DNA from: a virus
Taxonomy: Duplodnaviria > Heunggongvirae > Uroviricota > Caudoviricetes
Length of the DNA: 40,053 bases
Strand: one strand, 5' to 3'
IMG/VR virus record: IMGVR_UViG_3300042922_000906
Span: 1-40,053 of that record
Within the stretch, counting starts at the first letter, position 1. Each line of letters starts with the position of its first letter. Shown here piece after piece: positions 1-9,400 of this stretch. The notes under the pieces are model-generated. The model was not told where the DNA came from. It made no database searches and worked only from the letters and a program-made list of their open reading frames with translations. The translations under genes and the position numbers were made by a program.

Positions 1-103
1 AAGAGGTGGCATAAGATATGTACCTCTCAAAAAATAATCTATTATAAAATTTTAATTAATTTTCATTGTTAGGAATTACTAAGAATTTTTTGAAAACATA
101 AGA

Positions 104-143
104 AAAACAGGGAGGAGATATATAATCTCAACCCTGTTTTTTA
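104..143. terminator. bidirectional intrinsic terminator
   Basis: aaaaacaggg-aggagatatataatctca-accctgtttttt inverted repeat with A/T tails. Confidence 0.65.
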
Positions 144-283
144 GAAAATTGATTCATGAATACTAATTTGACTTCCATATGTTCGTTATACTGTTCTTCT
201 GTTATTTTACCGCAAACTTTCAAATTATGTAAAATAGTTATCATATCTTCACATAACTCAAACAATTCTTTCTCAATATTCAC
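128..283 (-). CDS. small hypothetical protein (51 aa, MNIEKELFELCEDMITILHNLKVCGKITEEQYNEHMEVKLVFMNQFSKKQG), moron-like; below ORF-track cutoff
   Basis: GTG at 283 after AGGAGAG RBS; own promoter-like TTGTAA-17-TATAAT upstream; stop overlaps a hairpin terminator. Confidence 0.6.
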   Translation of the reverse strand: MNIEKELFELCEDMITILHNLKVCGKITEEQYNEHMEVKLVFMNQFSKKQG

Positions 284-384
284 TCTAACCACTCTCCTAA
301 ATACTTTTTATATGATGACTTCCTTATGTATACATATATTTGGGAGAATAACGACATTATATAACAAAATTTGTCGAATTACAA

Positions 385-801
385 TTACTTTATTATGTGA
401 AAGGATTTTGCTATTTCATATAAAATAGTTAGTAATCCAGTTAAACCAGCAATAGATAATCCAACTGTAGATAATTTCATTTTTCCTTTTTCTTTAGCAA
501 CTTCTCGTAAATCAATTTTTGATTTTTCTTCACTAGATTCAAACTTTTCTTCAAGGGTTTCAATCTTTTCATTAACCCTACCTTCAAGATTATCTATCTT
601 TTTATTTGTATCATCATTTTTTTTATTTAAACTATCAAGATTCTCATTAATTTTTGTTAATGTATCACCAAAATTATTTAGAGCTTGAGCAAATTCTTTA
701 CGATTACCATAATCTTCTCTATCGTTATCTTCTAAGCGCCCAACGCGTTTAGTTAAGTCTGTGAACATTTCTGTTCTAATACAAGTATGGCTGTCACTCA
801 T
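385..801 (-). CDS. coiled-coil protein with C-terminal transmembrane helix (XhlA/holin-accessory-like, uncertain)
   Basis: Heptad-rich body, hydrophobic C-terminus (VGLSIAGLTGLLTILYEIA), GGAGG RBS. Confidence 0.55.
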   Translation of the reverse strand: MSDSHTCIRTEMFTDLTKRVGRLEDNDREDYGNRKEFAQALNNFGDTLTKINENLDSLNKKNDDTNKKIDNLEGRVNEKIETLEEKFESSEEKSKIDLREVAKEKGKMKLSTVGLSIAGLTGLLTILYEIAKSFHIIK

Positions 802-865
802 ATTATTTCACCTTCTCACTTCCTCCAGAATAATAGGGTAGGGAAGTACCCTTAAAATATGTGTT

Positions 866-1882
866 TTATTGAACGGATTGATCTATTTTAATACCGAACA
901 TTTCTTGAAGTTTTTCATCTTTCTTATCCTTTAAATAAGACGAAGTTACTTCACTTGACTCATGATGAGCTATTAATTGCAATTCATCAAGTAAGAATCC
1001 ATTTTCTTTACCTAGTTTTTTGCACATATAATGTTCACCAGTAGAATAATTTTCAAGAGCAGAATGCCTGAAACTATGTACATTAAAACCAATTTTCTTA
1101 CCTTCAAGTTTTTCAAGAATGTTATTCATACAAATAAACCAATCATAAATTGCTTCAACTGATACAGGTTTTTTATTTTCATCTTTGCCTGTAATCCACA
1201 TTTCTCTAAAATCATCTGAACCGCGCTGATCTAGATATAGCTTTACACATCTTTTCGTTTCATCGAAATAAAGTAAGGGGAATTTCTTTGCTCTTTTGCC
1301 AATTACAATATTTGTGTGATTTCTATTTTCATCAAAAAAACAATCTTTATTCACTTGATATAATTCATTTTTTCGTCCTGCGGAATCATATGCAAGAAGA
1401 AGTAATGTAGCTTTCTGATAATCTTCTAACCTAATCAATTCGTCTTTAAGTTTCATGACTTGTTCATCTGATACAAAAACAATGTCTCGTACTGGGTCTT
1501 TAACCAGTCCTTTTACCTTACGGGCAACATTATTATCATATTCAATTTCATCGTCTTCCTCACAAAAAGTTAATAAACTTCTCAAGGCACTCATAAGTCT
1601 ATTATGGCGAGCATTTGAAACTTTTAAATCATCAGTAATCCAAAGACTAAATTTTCTAAAATCTTTCTTTCCTAATTCAAGAATATATTTATTATTAAGT
1701 TTTCTATAAATATAAAGCATAATTATTCGCCAATCGTTATAATATTGATCAATAGTACCTTTTGACTTTTTCTTTTGCTTTAACTCCATTTTATAATCTT
1801 CCATTATTTCTTTATTTAATGGATTAACCAATTCCCATTCTTGAGCATCAAATATATTATTATATACTTTTCCTCGTTTCAT
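866..1882 (-). CDS. tyrosine recombinase/integrase (YomM-like position in tail module)
   Basis: Catalytic set present: SAGRKNE (R), HSFRH (HxxR), AHHES (H), TSSY (Y); ATG at 1882 follows GGAGGTG RBS (track start 1894 lies in the RBS). Confidence 0.93.
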   Translation of the reverse strand: MKRGKVYNNIFDAQEWELVNPLNKEIMEDYKMELKQKKKSKGTIDQYYNDWRIIMLYIYRKLNNKYILELGKKDFRKFSLWITDDLKVSNARHNRLMSALRSLLTFCEEDDEIEYDNNVARKVKGLVKDPVRDIVFVSDEQVMKLKDELIRLEDYQKATLLLLAYDSAGRKNELYQVNKDCFFDENRNHTNIVIGKRAKKFPLLYFDETKRCVKLYLDQRGSDDFREMWITGKDENKKPVSVEAIYDWFICMNNILEKLEGKKIGFNVHSFRHSALENYSTGEHYMCKKLGKENGFLLDELQLIAHHESSEVTSSYLKDKKDEKLQEMFGIKIDQSVQ

Positions 1883-1912
1883 ATTTTGTTTCACCTCCAG
1901 TTGCTTAATGTT

Positions 1913-1970
1913 TTATTGCACAAAAATATCCACTAATTAGTTAATTAGTGGATACAATCTACAATAAATA
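1913..1970 (-). terminator. terminator-like repeat, copy A
   Basis: atccactaatt/aattagtggat hairpin; flanks near-identical to the 2319-2372 element. Confidence 0.65.
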
Positions 1971-2270
1971 TTAATCTTTATTAGCTATTTTCCAAACCTT
2001 ATGATTTCTTATTTGACTATCGTGATTCTGTTCCCAAACCGAAATCATTGCAATTTCTTCTCCAAATTCTACAGTTTTATATTCAGAATAATTTAACTTC
2101 CAATCATATTTATTAATTAACTCTAATGTTTCCCTTAAAGATTTTAATGTTGCTATGTAGTCGTTATTTACATTTTGATGTTCTCTAAGCTTTGTAAGTC
2201 TTTCATTCAATTTATTTGCTTCTTTTTTGAGATTCGAAACAATTTCATCATAAAAATTTATATTTTCCAT
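1971..2270 (-). CDS. hypothetical protein (moron-like)
   Basis: ATG (MENINF) after GGAGG; flanked by duplicated terminator elements. Confidence 0.7.
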   Translation of the reverse strand: MENINFYDEIVSNLKKEANKLNERLTKLREHQNVNNDYIATLKSLRETLELINKYDWKLNYSEYKTVEFGEEIAMISVWEQNHDSQIRNHKVWKIANKD

Positions 2271-2318
2271 AATAAATACCTCCAGTGATCGGTCACTACC
2301 CAATAATTAATTTGTGCC

Positions 2319-2372
2319 TTACTGCACAATAAAAGCCACTCAAAATTGAGTGGCTTCAATCTACAGTAAATA
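2319..2372 (-). terminator. terminator-like repeat, copy B
   Basis: aagccactca/tgagtggctt hairpin with T-rich tail on the minus strand. Confidence 0.7.
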
Positions 2373-2588
2373 TCATTTAGTTGGTAAAATAGACATCAAA
2401 ATATTTCTTAAATCTATATCTCCAATATCTTTACCAGTTGCAACTTCTCTTATAGTTAAATTACTTTTAGGATTTAATTTACCTTCAATAGTAACTATTT
2501 TTCCTAACGCTGTATCCCAAACAATCCCCATAAAACCGTCATGATCGGTAAATCCATACATTGGAACACTATCTTTCATTTTAAACAT
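2373..2588 (-). CDS. hypothetical protein
   Basis: ORF track, co-oriented, AAAGGGA RBS. Confidence 0.6.
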   Translation of the reverse strand: MFKMKDSVPMYGFTDHDGFMGIVWDTALGKIVTIEGKLNPKSNLTIREVATGKDIGDIDLRNILMSILPTK

Positions 2589-2624
2589 CCCTTTCTTTTA
2601 CAAATAAAATGCTTCTTTTAACGA

Positions 2625-3116
2625 CTAAATACACTTAATTCCTTTTATCGCAAATAATTCTCTAAATCTTGTTAATAGATGATTGTCACTCAAAAGTTGT
2701 TTATATGTATTTTCTACTGGATGAGTTCCTTCAAATTGATATACAAGAGAATCACCATTACCATATTCAACAAAGTAAGGAATAGCATCACTCCAGTCAG
2801 AACCATCTATAATACTCATATGTCTAGACCAAGGTTTATCCGCAGTTCCGTCTAAAGGTATGATCTTGTCTGTATCGTAATATATTTCTACTTGATATTC
2901 TCCATTTATCTTTTTAACTGGACTTACAGTAATAGAATGAAGGAGCTGCATGGTTCTTTCGTACTGTTGAGGTGTATATGCTCTTTGATACCAGCCCACA
3001 TTGACCTCTGCGTAAAGAATATCAAATACCTCTTTACCAATACGAGTCATAAAATCAATCATATACTGCTTCTCAAGAAAATCGTTAAGAGATTTTAAGT
3101 CATGAAATTCAGGCAT
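2625..3116 (-). CDS. putative tail completion/neck protein (HK97 gp10-like)
   Basis: Position in tail module; YxRTxQL motif and YFVEYG typical of this family. Confidence 0.55.
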   Translation of the reverse strand: MPEFHDLKSLNDFLEKQYMIDFMTRIGKEVFDILYAEVNVGWYQRAYTPQQYERTMQLLHSITVSPVKKINGEYQVEIYYDTDKIIPLDGTADKPWSRHMSIIDGSDWSDAIPYFVEYGNGDSLVYQFEGTHPVENTYKQLLSDNHLLTRFRELFAIKGIKCI

Positions 3117-3439
3117 TAATTAATACCTCTAATCTTTATATTTTTATTCAGTTCTGATATGACTTTCTCAACGTCACAATCTTCTGTCAGCTTAATATTT
3201 AAATTAACAGTAACTGTTTTGATTGATTTTTCGAATTCTGAAAATCTTTTTAAAACGTTAGACAACTTATCTTTTAAGTCATTTAATTCTTTAATTGTGC
3301 TTAATGGAGAAATATTTTCTGGTTCGGTGAAAATGCGTAAATTATTTAGAGTGGGCAGACCACCTGAAACATAATTATTTAATCTTTGTGAACATTTTTC
3401 ACAGGCGTTTGAGCTAGCTAGTGAACAACAGCATATCAT
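3116..3439 (-). CDS. hypothetical protein with Cys-rich N-terminus
   Basis: ORF track; translationally coupled to neighbours. Confidence 0.55.
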   Translation of the reverse strand: MICCCSLASSNACEKCSQRLNNYVSGGLPTLNNLRIFTEPENISPLSTIKELNDLKDKLSNVLKRFSEFEKSIKTVTVNLNIKLTEDCDVEKVISELNKNIKIRGIN

Positions 3440-3441
3440 AA

Positions 3442-3888
3442 TTATTCACCTATGCTTTCATCTGTATTATCAGATTCATTCTTTAAATCTTCAAGTAATT
3501 TATCCATATTATTTTTATAAACTTTCATTTTTTCAGTAAACTTTTTAATTTCATCTTGATTAAATGCATTAATGATAGTTTCAAAATAACCTAAATCTAC
3601 AAGTATGTTATAGAATTGTATTTGTTCATCAAAAGAATCTGAAATATCAATATCAGTAAAATGTTTTATAAATAATATATAAGAAAAATCAGAGAGTTCC
3701 ATTTTAATATTATTTTCTTTCATATATCTAGATTTTTCTAAAACTTCTTGAACCAATTCAATTATTTTTGTTTCACGAAATACCTCATCTACTAAGATAG
3801 TAAAATCTCCAACAATTATTTTCTTCTGTGTAAATTTCTTATTTTCCAGAGTCTTAAGACTACCTAAATTCATTTTTTTATTTGACAT
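3442..3888 (-). CDS. putative tail assembly chaperone
   Basis: Size, acidic C-terminus, position downstream of tail tube. Confidence 0.45.
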   Translation of the reverse strand: MSNKKMNLGSLKTLENKKFTQKKIIVGDFTILVDEVFRETKIIELVQEVLEKSRYMKENNIKMELSDFSYILFIKHFTDIDISDSFDEQIQFYNILVDLGYFETIINAFNQDEIKKFTEKMKVYKNNMDKLLEDLKNESDNTDESIGE

Positions 3889-3912
3889 AGTATTAACCTC
3901 ACTTATATTATA

Positions 3913-4500
3913 TTATTTTAATTTTGAATACTTATTGCACTTAAAATCAGAAATTTCTTCCTGAATTCGTCCTTCAATAGCCTTATTTAATATAGAACAT
4001 TTTCCATCCTTATATCTTTTACATGCGATGCAATTAGATTTAAAATCCTCTAATTGTTCGACTGTAGGGAAAATACCTACATAGTCAACAGGATAAATGA
4101 TGATATCTATATGAGGATTTGCACTATCATAAAATACACCGTTTACTCTTTCACATGTTACATTATCATCTAGCCATATTAATTGTGTTTCTGTTATAGA
4201 ATCAAGTAACAATTTAAAATAGTTATTTGCATCCTTATCTATTCTGTCAAAATAAAAAACACAATCAATATAGAAGTGTTGTGTTTTATTTGGAATCAGA
4301 TTCCACTGTTGCAACTTAACTTGCTCTTTAATATATTTTGTAAATTCTTTCTTATATTTTTTTGCTTCAGCAGTTTCATACATAGTAACTTGCGCTATTG
4401 GTTTTCCCTTTATTTTTGTGATAAAACCCCTCGGCTTTATGTAATGATTTACACTGACAGGAATAGGAGATATAAGTTTTAATGTATTTAATATTATAAT
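3913..4500 (-). CDS. RusA-family Holliday junction resolvase
   Basis: Frame is open upstream of the track start to an ATT/ATA at about 4500 after AGGAAGTG, adding the PIPVSVNHY motif; also DANNYFKLLLDSI and WLDDN, matching RusA DxDN..K...D. Confidence 0.75.
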   Translation of the reverse strand: MIILNTLKLISPIPVSVNHYIKPRGFITKIKGKPIAQVTMYETAEAKKYKKEFTKYIKEQVKLQQWNLIPNKTQHFYIDCVFYFDRIDKDANNYFKLLLDSITETQLIWLDDNVTCERVNGVFYDSANPHIDIIIYPVDYVGIFPTVEQLEDFKSNCIACKRYKDGKCSILNKAIEGRIQEEISDFKCNKYSKLK

Positions 4501-4509
4501 TCACTTCCT

Positions 4510-4797
4510 TTACTTTGATATTTGTTTTGTAAATTCTTTAATTATTGATAATAGGTTTCTTGCATCCTGTTTTTGAAATTTTAAAGTAATTTCATTTGGA
4601 GTTTCAGAAGAATTATCAATTGATTTTAACTGAAGATATTGAGTAGTTATAGATGTTTCAGTAGGTGGAGTTGTTGATTCATCGGTAGTTGTTGTCGTTT
4701 CTGAAAATATTGAAATTTCAAGACTTGTAGCATCTGATTCAGGAATAGTTGCATCATGTAAGACTTCAGGAAATTGAGTATAGGATATATTAAGCAT
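4510..4797 (-). CDS. hypothetical protein, Thr/acidic low-complexity linker
   Basis: ORF track; GGAG RBS. Confidence 0.6.
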   Translation of the reverse strand: MLNISYTQFPEVLHDATIPESDATSLEISIFSETTTTTDESTTPPTETSITTQYLQLKSIDNSSETPNEITLKFQKQDARNLLSIIKEFTKQISK

Positions 4798-4890
4798 TTA
4801 AATACTCCATTCTTTAATTTTTAAATAAACGAAAAACAAGATAAAAAAGGGAAGGAGGGAGGCAAATTATTTCTCCGACCTTCCCAATTT

Positions 4891-5133
4891 TTATTTAGAT
4901 TTGGATTGTTTAACTTCATCGGAAAAATCAACATCTTTCCATATAATATCATTGTCTTTGGGACTAAGAAAATTAGTAATACAAAACTCATCAAATGCTA
5001 TTTCTGCATTTCCATCTGTTATGTATAGCTTACCATTCTTCTTAAAGATTGAATAAATTCTATCCATGTAAATACCATCACATGGACATGCTGGCGAAGT
5101 CCAGATAGCCTTTACATTGTTATATTTAACCAT
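4891..5133 (-). CDS. hypothetical protein
   Basis: ORF track; GGAGG RBS; followed by hairpin at 4848-4884. Confidence 0.65.
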   Translation of the reverse strand: MVKYNNVKAIWTSPACPCDGIYMDRIYSIFKKNGKLYITDGNAEIAFDEFCITNFLSPKDNDIIWKDVDFSDEVKQSKSK

Positions 5134-5151
5134 AAGAATTCCTCCATATAA

Positions 5152-5910
5152 TTAAACTTCAACATAATTCATCATATCGCCAGCGTTATCAGCAAGGATA
5201 TCCCATTCAATACTTAACTTTGCAACATTATTAACATCCATTGTTAAGCTAACATTTGATTTAGGCTTAACATTAAGTAATTGATACTGAACGAATTTAT
5301 CAACCTGATCTGTACCTCTAATAGCGCTGTCAGCGTAAATTTTGTATCCCCCTGGGAAAGATACATTATCAACAGTAAACTTAGTCTTATTTGCTGAATT
5401 TACTAAATAATAGCAAACAACAAATCCAGCACTTGCAAAAGTGGTAGCATTAAAGGTTAATGCATTCGAACCGTCAATTGAGAAAGCATTTTGAGTCGTA
5501 GTAGGATTTCCACTAACCTGCTCAGTATCATGTGCTGTTTCACCTTTAGATGCAATTTTAAAAATCACTAATGAGCCACTTTTAGGAGCAGCAGATAATG
5601 GATTTGCACCTGCACCACCAGCATTTACAGCAATTACTTCACGTTTTGCTATATCAATAGCTCCAGTACCTAATGTAGTTCCAAAAAGCATCGCTAACCA
5701 TTTTGTTTCAAAAACTTCCATCTCTGTCTTAAAAGTACCTTCACGCTGAGAGTCAAATCTAACTGATTTAACACTTTTATTCATCGCATAAACACTGTTA
5801 GCTGTAAAGTCAATTGATGAGGTAAGCGCATAGTTTGCATACAATACAGGCTTGCCTGTTGCTTGCGAAATGATTTGCATATTTGCTGCATCTTTTATTG
5901 CATAAAGCAT
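5152..5910 (-). CDS. major tail tube protein
   Basis: Gly/Ala/Thr-rich 252 aa; C-terminal LTMDVNNVAKLSIEWDILAD typical of SPbeta-like tail tubes; synteny. Confidence 0.75.
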   Translation of the reverse strand: MLYAIKDAANMQIISQATGKPVLYANYALTSSIDFTANSVYAMNKSVKSVRFDSQREGTFKTEMEVFETKWLAMLFGTTLGTGAIDIAKREVIAVNAGGAGANPLSAAPKSGSLVIFKIASKGETAHDTEQVSGNPTTTQNAFSIDGSNALTFNATTFASAGFVVCYYLVNSANKTKFTVDNVSFPGGYKIYADSAIRGTDQVDKFVQYQLLNVKPKSNVSLTMDVNNVAKLSIEWDILADNAGDMMNYVEV

Positions 5911-5977
5911 ATTTATGATCTCCTTCCGAAACTTCTATAATATTTTACTTAATAAAAATAAAAAGCCTTTCGGCTTA

Positions 5978-6694
5978 TTACTCTTTTGACATATTTTCAA
6001 TTTTAATTAGTTCAGTCCAATGTTTATCTTCAATTAGTGATTTTTCACCACTAATTAAATATATACTGAAGCTATCTTTATAATTTGACATTCCAACTTT
6101 GGCTTTATAGCAATTCATTATCTCCCAAAGGGTAAAACTACGAATAATATCCTTTGATATATAATATTCACCACCATATTCACAAACCTGTAAAACATCT
6201 TCCAACCTTAATTCATTTCTTCTAGAATTACGTTTTCTACCTTCTTGAAGCTTAAGCCAGATATCTTTTTGCCTTTCATTAGCGAACACTGGAATCTTCT
6301 CTTTTTCAGGTCTTTTTCTAGCACATATATCAAGAATTATTTCAGCAAATTCATCAAAATTATCTCTGTTTAATCGACCTTTAAAGCCTTCCATATATAA
6401 TCCATAAGAATCATGTCTGATTCTTGATTTGGTAAAAAACTTTAACGATTTATACAATAATCTTACTATGCCAAAAGAACTCATCACGATATCAAAACTT
6501 TTGATTTGATTTTTTTGCTCTTCAGATAATTCAACATTCAGACTATCTATAGTAATGTAATAGGGAAGAAGTAACTGTTCAAATTTGGGAATTTTATATT
6601 TTAAGATTTCTCCAAAACTTGGTTGGTGAATAATACAAATATCATGGAAATCTATTGGTTCTTGCATTTTATAGTATATTATATTATTTTGCAT
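5978..6694 (-). CDS. conserved virion-module protein of unknown function
   Basis: Synteny between tail terminator and tail tube. Confidence 0.55.
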   Translation of the reverse strand: MQNNIIYYKMQEPIDFHDICIIHQPSFGEILKYKIPKFEQLLLPYYITIDSLNVELSEEQKNQIKSFDIVMSSFGIVRLLYKSLKFFTKSRIRHDSYGLYMEGFKGRLNRDNFDEFAEIILDICARKRPEKEKIPVFANERQKDIWLKLQEGRKRNSRRNELRLEDVLQVCEYGGEYYISKDIIRSFTLWEIMNCYKAKVGMSNYKDSFSIYLISGEKSLIEDKHWTELIKIENMSKE

Positions 6695-6706
6695 TAAATC
6701 ACCAGC

Positions 6707-7195
6707 CTACTTAGCAAAATCAGTAATATGATATTGTAAAAAAACACCAATATAATCCGTACCAATAATAATTTCTTCAATTCGCTTATCACTAATTTTA
6801 CCAATACCAAATCCGCTTGTACTAAACATCATATTATCTATCTCATTTGCAATAAAACCATGTCTTTGACCACTTTCAGTTTGTACTAAACCCATATGAC
6901 AAATGACATAAATTCTTATCCATCCATTGGTAATAGAGGCACTTGACGAATCAACTATTCCTAATGAAACTGTAATATAACTTTTTTCTTCTTTAAAAGT
7001 TGTTGTTACAGGCATATATGGGTATAATTGCTTATATAATAACGAATCACGAAAATTTTGATCGTTCAATTGTGGATTAACGTTATCAATAAAATGTGGT
7101 GTATTATCAATAAGAGCTTTTATAATATTCTCATTAAGTAGCATTTTATTTAGTGCATCTGATTTATAGTTAAATAATTTCTGAACAGAATTCAA
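6707..7195 (-). CDS. putative tail terminator protein
   Basis: Size and position; IYVICHMGLV / GFGIGK motifs; TTG start after GAGGTG. Confidence 0.55.
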   Translation of the reverse strand: MNSVQKLFNYKSDALNKMLLNENIIKALIDNTPHFIDNVNPQLNDQNFRDSLLYKQLYPYMPVTTTFKEEKSYITVSLGIVDSSSASITNGWIRIYVICHMGLVQTESGQRHGFIANEIDNMMFSTSGFGIGKISDKRIEEIIIGTDYIGVFLQYHITDFAK

Positions 7196-7211
7196 TTATA
7201 TACACCTCACT

Positions 7212-8429
7212 CTATATCAAACTAATTATTTTTATTTGTCTTTCAATATAAATATCAGGGTAAGCTAACATGTATACCTTTAGTTTAATGTATTTGTTAT
7301 AGACAGACGCTGCTGTAATGACTATGGAATTGTTATTTATGGTATATGTCGCATACTGAATAGCAGAACCATCAACATTTGTTATTTCGAAGCCAACTTG
7401 TTTCAATGGGTCAGTTATTCCATTATTTGTTACCATAACACTTAAAGAAATTGAACGGCTTGATTTTATAAAAGAATCAGACGGAGTTAAAACAATATTA
7501 TAGTAATCTTGTGTAATTACATCTGATTGAATTTGAATAATAGTTTCAGCATTACCAAATTTCACTTTAATATTCGTTATACCTGTTCCAACCAAGGTAA
7601 TAAGGCCAGTAGGGGAGACAGTGCAAATCATTTCATTTTCTGATATATATGTAACCTGTGAGTTATCAACTATTTCTCCATTTGCTTTACAAGAAACATC
7701 CAATTGAAACGGCGTATCGCCAAAGAATTTCTTAATTAAAGTACCATTTAGTACAATTACTTCATAAATATTTTGATGACTGTTAAAGTTAGCAATTCCT
7801 TCTACAAGATTATCATCAACTTCATCAATTTCACATAAACTTAATTTAATTGTCTTCAGGCCAACATTGCTTAAATCATCATAACCTTCACATTTGAATG
7901 CTCTGTTATTAAGTATAAATCTTGTACCAACATCAATTACTTTTGTTAACGAATTATCTGGAATAATAACCTGATAATCTGTTGTAATGGTCGTAATCAA
8001 TTTATTACTGTTTTCACCCATATTTGTTTTAAATGGAGTAGTTATAATACATGGAGTCTCAACAAGCACCCATAAAATACCGTTTTCATTGTCTTTAATA
8101 TAGAATTTTAATGTATTGTTTGACTGTTGGACTGTAGCTTTTTTATAAACAAAGTTATCTTCAATTTTTGATGTTACGATGTAACTATCATTATCCACTT
8201 TTATAATTGAGCCAGTTTGAATATTTAGTGATTTCTTACATATTACATAATATTCCCCTTGTCCTTGCGCCAAAGCATTAGAATGTTTTTGAAATAGAAA
8301 ACGTGTTTCTAGAGTATCAATTAAACCATCTACTCCTTCAATGCCGCTCAATTGATATTCAAAAACTCTTTGTCCATCTGTAATCAGCTTATCATTGTAA
8401 GAGGGGTAATAATTTGAATAATCTTTCAT
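7212..8429 (-). CDS. head-closure-like protein with C-terminal Ig-like (Big_2-type) domain
   Basis: Synteny; VTYISENEMICTVSPTGLITLVGTGITNIKVKF resembles a Big_2 Ig fold. Confidence 0.55.
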   Translation of the reverse strand: MKDYSNYYPSYNDKLITDGQRVFEYQLSGIEGVDGLIDTLETRFLFQKHSNALAQGQGEYYVICKKSLNIQTGSIIKVDNDSYIVTSKIEDNFVYKKATVQQSNNTLKFYIKDNENGILWVLVETPCIITTPFKTNMGENSNKLITTITTDYQVIIPDNSLTKVIDVGTRFILNNRAFKCEGYDDLSNVGLKTIKLSLCEIDEVDDNLVEGIANFNSHQNIYEVIVLNGTLIKKFFGDTPFQLDVSCKANGEIVDNSQVTYISENEMICTVSPTGLITLVGTGITNIKVKFGNAETIIQIQSDVITQDYYNIVLTPSDSFIKSSRSISLSVMVTNNGITDPLKQVGFEITNVDGSAIQYATYTINNNSIVITAASVYNKYIKLKVYMLAYPDIYIERQIKIISLI

Positions 8430-8441
8430 ATTACTGTCCTC

Positions 8442-8837
8442 CTATATATAATCTTCCGATGAGTTTAATATCAATTCTTCAATGGTTGCTTTCTCGAAAT
8501 TTATTAAATCTTTTAAAGCAGATATTTGAGCCTGTATATTCTTGACACCAACATCTTTACTAAATGGATTCCATGTTGTTGAAAAGTCAACCAACTGTTT
8601 TTCTAAAAATGAGAGTTTAATATAATGAGCTATTAATATTATTTTGTCATCATTTAAGTTCTCATTTATTATTTCAACCGTATCATCACAGGTAATCAAA
8701 TCTTGTAATCTATTATTATAATGCCTAACACCAGAACGAATTGCGTTGTATTTTCCTTCGTCTGTTCTTGGTAAATTTATTTCACTTGTCTTATTTATTT
8801 CTAAAAACTGTATCCAAATCTCATCATAGGCAGTCAT
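8442..8837 (-). CDS. head-tail adaptor/connector
   Basis: 131 aa helical protein downstream of capsid; synteny. Confidence 0.6.
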   Translation of the reverse strand: MTAYDEIWIQFLEINKTSEINLPRTDEGKYNAIRSGVRHYNNRLQDLITCDDTVEIINENLNDDKIILIAHYIKLSFLEKQLVDFSTTWNPFSKDVGVKNIQAQISALKDLINFEKATIEELILNSSEDYI

Positions 8838-8852
8838 ATAACCACCTCACTT

Positions 8853-9323
8853 TTATTCATCTTCATTTGCAAATAATATATCCTGTGGCATTTTCATAAT
8901 TTCGGCAAGATATGCTAATTTACTATTTGAATCCAATTTAATTTCTTTTGCAACATCGCAAATATATGACAACTCTTGCTTATTTGTTATCTTTCCTATT
9001 TCTGCTTTCATTTTCATAAAATTACCTTCAAGTAATTTTACAATTTCTTCTCTGGAATGAGCATTATTTTTATACTCTTCGTTTATATTTGATATAATTT
9101 CTTTCGCGTCTTCACTATCTTCAATAATTACGAGTTCACCATCTGTAAATGTAACAGTATTCATCATAAGATACTGAACAATTTCTTCAGGTACATCTTT
9201 TATATCAACCTTGCCATTTTTGCTACCAGACCATTCAAAAACTCTTCTCATACCATCATTCATATTATAATTGACAGTAAAGCCATAATTTCTATAGCGA
9301 GCCAATTTAATCATTTTTGACAT
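8853..9323 (-). CDS. conserved virion-module protein (YonA-like position)
   Basis: Immediately downstream of capsid; GGAGG RBS; exact start uncertain. Confidence 0.55.
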   Translation of the reverse strand: MSKMIKLARYRNYGFTVNYNMNDGMRRVFEWSGSKNGKVDIKDVPEEIVQYLMMNTVTFTDGELVIIEDSEDAKEIISNINEEYKNNAHSREEIVKLLEGNFMKMKAEIGKITNKQELSYICDVAKEIKLDSNSKLAYLAEIMKMPQDILFANEDE

Positions 9324-9354
9324 AAAGCAAAACATCCTCCCTGTTTTATATATA

Positions 9355-9385
9355 ATAAAAGGGAGGGGTGTTTCACCCCTTCCCG
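9355..9385 (-). terminator. intrinsic terminator after major capsid gene
   Basis: gggaggggtg-tttc-acccct(t)ccc hairpin with T-tail on the minus strand. Confidence 0.75.
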
Positions 9386-9400
9386 TTATTATTGAAACTA

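Noticed and set aside
156-428. Plus-strand ORF 156-428 and other antisense ORFs in the virion module (e.g. 1455, 2892, 10290, 12503, 13141, 21824, 22997)
   Set aside because: Shadow frames opposite well-supported genes; no RBS; atypical composition.
866-1882. Recombinase as the prophage integrase marking an att boundary
   Set aside because: It is embedded in the tail operon with phage genes on both sides; no host DNA or att junction visible.
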